DNA of 64,000 nucleotides, taken from NCBI GenBank assembly GCA_965285935.1, contig OZ260661.1:109058001-109122000 (forward strand). Reading direction: 5' to 3'. The stretch's first letter is position 1; each line of letters opens with the position of its first letter. Below the pieces are notes generated by a model that saw only the letters and a list, made by a program, of their open reading frames with translations, was not told where the DNA came from and ran no database searches. The stretch comes from Ophelia neglecta (lineage: Eukaryota). This document shows, piece by piece, positions 58,871 to 64,000 of the stretch. The position numbers and the translations under genes are program-made.

Positions 58871-60294
58871 TGTGGTACCCTTTCGATTAAGGTTACAGGC
58901 ACAGCGGTTCCTAGTAGCGGATGGCAGAAAAATATATAGCGTCTGGGCCATCCGAAGTCCCAGCAATGTGATATGTATGCCATGGTATTTGGTATAAATA
59001 TCACAAGGGACCAATCGATTACTCAACTCCTGTGGAAATGTTGTAATAAAACCCTTCCACGTGAATATTTCGCCGAAATACTTGGCATAACAGTAGTATG
59101 TCACCTGTTCTATCATTCCCTTTTCGATGTTTGCCTATCACTCCGATTTTAAGATAGTTTTATGCGCTGGAAATAAGTAAGCACTGATGTATTCAAATGC
59201 CAATGAGTTGAATCGGGGGATATTTGTTTCTCAGCCAATCACCGCTGCTATCACCTACCTGTAAGGAATTCGCGATTGTGATTGGATCTCAGCCCGGTGA
59301 TATATACCGGTATTACCCAGTTGGAACCGACCAAGTCCGTTTCACCAAGTTCCATGGCAGCTTATAACGATGTCACTATCGAGTGGTTCGCCATTGCTCA
59401 CTCGTGTCAAGATGTTTACCCTGGGACGCCCTTTCAAGGGTCGAACTGGCTAGAAAAAAAGTATAATTCGAAGTCACCATTGATTGGTGACAATGACGTC
59501 ACATCAAGCAAACATTATACCTTTTCATCTAACTTTTTGTTCACTGCATGTGGTAATAAATTTCTCTAAAAATACTGAAAAAATCATAATTGCCAGTGCG
59601 CCAGGTGTTTATGTTATGTTCATGCACCACTGAGCGACGAAATCCAGCACCGAATTTATTCAATTTGGCGAGGGCCGACAACGTAAGAAGAACTCACTCG
59701 GAATTAAAGTTTCGGTATAACAGTAACATGGCAACTGGAGCATGTTGAAAAAACGAATTGTCAGTTAGGGAGAATGGTAACCGTCGGGCATTGGGAAAGC
59801 GACCTATAGGCGTCTCCGAAGTTTTGTCCGACTCCGAATGCCGAAGAAAAGACCACGCAGAAAGTGAACTATGTCACACAGAGAAGTCCGTAAGTAGTAT
59901 TGCTCTAAAGTCACCTTGCTCAGTTCTTCACAAACCACTATTCACATCACAGATATACAGTATATGAGTTAGCGAACTTTTACCGGGGCTTTCAAATATG
60001 CATGTCAAGGTTAGACTTGTTAGTGTAATTTAGGTCCCATGTTTAATAGAAACGTCTATAAGTATGCAGCTTTATGTGGGCAAAGTAACAGATTAAATTG
60101 CAAAAATCAAAGCCTAAAATAGCTGCTAGATTCAATACATACATGAATCATAATACACAATTAAGTGAAATATGTGACTCCTGTTCTAGACTGACTATAA
60201 ATGATCAAGTTATAAACGCATAAATATCACCGATAAAAAAATAACTATTCTTGCTATATTGTTTGCAAGCAATTATAAGTGTGGCAACAATGAG

Positions 60295-60345
60295 TCTCTC
60301 TCTCTCTCTCTCTCTCTCTCCTTCTCTCTCTCTCCCTCTCTCTTT
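60295..60345. repeat. (CT)n microsatellite
   Basis: Imperfect TC dinucleotide run of about 50 bp. Confidence 0.9.
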
Positions 60346-63300
60346 CGTCTCGACTAAAGAAATAACATTGCTATTCGGAAAAATAAAATAACTTGGATGT
60401 ACCCTTAAATATCATAGGTTCTGATGTATCATATATCAAAACGGTGCATACGGACTAAGATTTTTCTATATTATCAACTTAATTATCGCCTTACTGTAGA
60501 CAAATATTGGAAAGCACACCGCATACGGCCTTCAGTCAGCTCCTGTCAGGCCTATATGTGCCTCCATTTTTAGATGTTTGATAGGCTGAAGAGGGAAAAA
60601 TCAGCGATTGGTTTGCTCAACCTATGAAATTCAACTTGCTTTTATTTTCGTCTGCACAACGTTTTCGGTTTTATAGCAAATATAAAACAAGGTTACACAG
60701 GAAGGGGTCCAAAATGCCACAAGGCCTTGCCACTCTGATCATAATCGTGGCTCGTAAGGCATCACTCGGGATACATCCATCAGAACCCGACTAGAGTTCT
60801 TATCAATGGGGGACATACAATAGTTTACAAGGCAATAAGTTTTGACCGCTTATTTCCTCTTGTGGCTAAAAACAAGTTTTGTAAAATGGCTTCTCGGCTG
60901 TATCGAAAAGTAAGAGATATCAAAAAGCATAGCAGATGGCAGGTCAGCTTCATCATCTCCGTCTTCGAGATCTTACGGGAGTGATTTGGTATCATTCATT
61001 TATGACTACGTATTTTCTCCTGAGACTGCAGCACGCTCCATCTTCTGTCATCATAGGAACTCAGATAATGACTTCAAACTTTCCATAACACGGAGACGTG
61101 GGCTTCTTGTTCCGGCTACCAATCGTCAAGATGCAAACAACACCCCGGCCCGCACTCCGCCAATTTAGCGGGTACCCATGCTTGTTCACCACGTTTGAAA
61201 ACGTTTTCAGGTTTTTTACCCCCCTAACTCAGGCTTGGTGAAATATCATCCCTATTCTCAGGCTCGATCCAGGAAGCATCTAACCCCCTTTTATAGTAAC
61301 TTCCCAGCCCTTTTCTCGGCATAAGCTTGTAAAAATACCCTTTTTTTCAATTTCTCGGGAGGCTGATAAAAAAGACCCCTTTTTTCAATTTCTCGGGAGA
61401 AAAAAAAGAAAATGTTCCCCTTTTTCGGGAATTCTCGGGCCCGAGATCAAAGCCCAAAAAAAGTACCCCTTTTACCGAGAAATCGTGAACGGGCATGCGC
61501 CCCCCCCCCCCCAACCCAGGGAGAGGGGGGGGGGACAACAGAAACCCATATGACAGGAGAGTTTCGAGGCCCGGGTCAAATCAGTCATGACGTTCAGGGC
61601 CTCATTAAAACTTGTTTCGAGTTCTTTCGTGACAAGCTGGAGATCCACCTCCGGCCGCCGGAAATAAAAACATCTGGCTGGCACACCAACTGACAAAAGG
61701 TCGTGGGGTGACAGAAATAAAATCTGTCCGCTTTCAGTTTATTTCAGTAAGCTTGTTACTACGAATCTATCGTTATCGATGTCATTCTTTTATTACATAT
61801 TGTAGTTTAATGAAGATTATCAACATTATATAAACCTAACCCCGCCAATTTTGGCGTGCTAATATATTTGACATCGCTTGGCGATGCTGGTTTAGTTTAA
61901 AAAGACAATATCAGTAGGTTCTCACGTACACACCATGTGTATATACGAACCTACTGGTATTGTCTGTCGGCAAGACTAAAACAAATAACACTGCTATACG
62001 AAAAAGAATTGGATGTAGATCTACTATTAATATATCATCGGTACTGATAGCCTATATTATATAAATACATATTATATAACTATATAAGCAATGACTTTAT
62101 GGGACATGTTAAAACTGGGCAAAGAACAATGATATTAACATTGTATTAACCTAATTATATCTATAGAACGATAGGCCTAGTGGAAATCACCCGTATAAGG
62201 CCTTCTGTCAGCTCCTATCAGGCCTATAGGCCTATAGACCTATTCCTTTTAGGTGCTTGGTAAATGGAAAAAGGAAACATCAACGATGGATTTGTTCTAC
62301 CCGTGAGGGTTAAATTTTAATATTTGAAAGTTTGGCAGTTAGTGGGGTAAAACAAGAAAATATTTTGATAAAGATACTACAATTATGATTTACTACTCTT
62401 TATTTATCCTTATTATAGCTACTGCATCGAAATTTTGAGTTGCATATGCTAAGCAGCCATTTGGGGAGGAACAACAAGGGGCTATTCTCATAGCCGGAGC
62501 GCCGAAGAACGCCTCCCACAGACCTCTGTTGCCCCATGATAATGGTATACTACTATAGCATACTATACTAAGAGTTCTGATTAACATTTTTGAAATCTTT
62601 AATGGTAGGCTCCCATCAGTTTACTTGCAAAAAATGTAAAAACTGACATCCCATGGTTCCTGTCGTTTTTTCGAATAACTATATATAGGATTTCGAGACA
62701 GTATCCCTAATAGAGCTTCGCGACCGGGGGACTTAAAATAGAATTGTTTCCAGACCGTGGGAATAACTCCCTGTTTAGGGTTTGGGTTAGTAACAGTAGT
62801 CTAGAGGAGACCTTCTAACCAAGGGACTCGCATTAACTTTTTCCTCGCTCAAAATGCTTAAAGACGTGAAACGGTCTAATAAATTATACAAAAAGGTCAC
62901 CATAATTCATGGCTGCAGAATACCACAACATTAATTGAGCGAACTTTGTGATTGATTACTACACCAAAGCCCCCCCCCCCCCACCACCACCACCACCACA
63001 ACCTCCCCCCCCCCCGCCTGCACCACCTCCGCCACATACAATTGACGCATTTCGTGAGAGCAGTAATAGTTGTATTCGTTTCATTATAGGACGATCAAAC
63101 GCCATCCAATCTTTCTTTATCGCCTATAACTCATAATATGGAGGAAGGATGGATTGTTCCGCGTGTTTCTTTTCATATCGTCAGTGGCCTTCCCCGCAGG
63201 GTGGGAGTGGGTGCACATTGTTTAACTGCACAATTACGTACAATAAACTAAATTGCACGTTGAGCAGTTATCTATAAATAAACCAGCCACGTCAATGAAA

Positions 63301-64000
63301 TTAACCCAAACAGGTAATAGATTTCAATGGTTAACCATTTACTTTTTGTAACTCCCCGCATAGTGTACGCTCCCATACCGTGTACGCGCCCTAGACAACC
63401 CGCCATGAAAATAATAACTGTAAATCATTTTAAGAGGCCGATAGGATGAAAACGATAAGATTATGTCTAACATCTCATTCCTAAAAGTTTATTAATTGTT
63501 GTTTTATTCTCCTCAAACAAATGAGAGCTAAAATAAATATACAGGCATGTTAAAATAAATAAACACATACTTTGTCAAAGAATATAAACTTAGTGGCACA
63601 TTATATTTATTGCATTAGTCAAACATAAAACACCGCTATAATCATACATTGCATATTTTACTATCTTGAAAATACCTCTTACTACGATGGCCTATATATT
63701 CACAAGAAAATAGCGTTTTATACAGAAAAATGTTAAGCACTAGATCGTGAAGCTTAAGGACATATCTTTCACAGTCGAAAATCATTCCACTCCCCTGCGG
63801 GAAAGGTTGAAATAAGATCACAATCTCATAAGTTATCCAATAATATCAAAGTTCTCACATCAAAATAATCGTACAAGCTGTCCCAAAAACTGTTTCTTGT
63901 TTCCATAGGAATATTACAGCCACAAAAGATGACTAAACGGACAAGAAACAGATTCTGAACGAAACAGAAAAGTTACTTTATCACAGGGATTATATAAGTA

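Noticed and set aside
62948-63136. Proline-rich (formin- or extensin-like) ORF
   Set aside because: It arises from poly-C and CCA tracts. Such G/C homopolymer runs are common throughout the non-coding DNA of this window.
57120-64000. Missing 5' exons of the nAChR gene (signal peptide, RPV...LIDV)
   Set aside because: No convincing minus-strand exon was found by eye. They probably lie beyond the window.

Overview
AT-rich, intron-containing animal genomic DNA. The repeat families and gene structures suggest a lophotrochozoan, probably a mollusc (inference). Splicing exons by hand gives these genes: a complete FASTK/RAP-domain mitochondrial RNA-binding protein gene (minus, 8 coding exons, 674 aa, one GC-AG intron); a complete CDK2 gene (minus, 8 exons, 297 aa, PSTAIRE); an orphan acidic, disordered, coiled-coil protein gene (plus, 4 exons, about 381 aa); a single-coding-exon type II membrane protein with two tandem GT32 glycosyltransferase domains (minus, 601 aa); the 3' four exons of a nicotinic acetylcholine receptor alpha subunit (minus, 5' exons not found in the window); and two exons of a further uncharacterised gene near the left edge. 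Mobile DNA includes an internally deleted Ngaro-type tyrosine-recombinase retroelement with split direct repeats, two inverted Helentron-type (HINE) elements with internal tandem arrays, a tRNA-derived Meta/MESC-type SINE carrying a TIR-element insertion, hAT-type and Tc1/mariner-type MITEs, and a decayed CR1-like LINE. The most notable observation is that the nAChR subunit has Asn in place of the near-invariant 9' gate leucine of pore helix M2, with further Asn at 12' and 22', while its ligand-binding loops are canonical.
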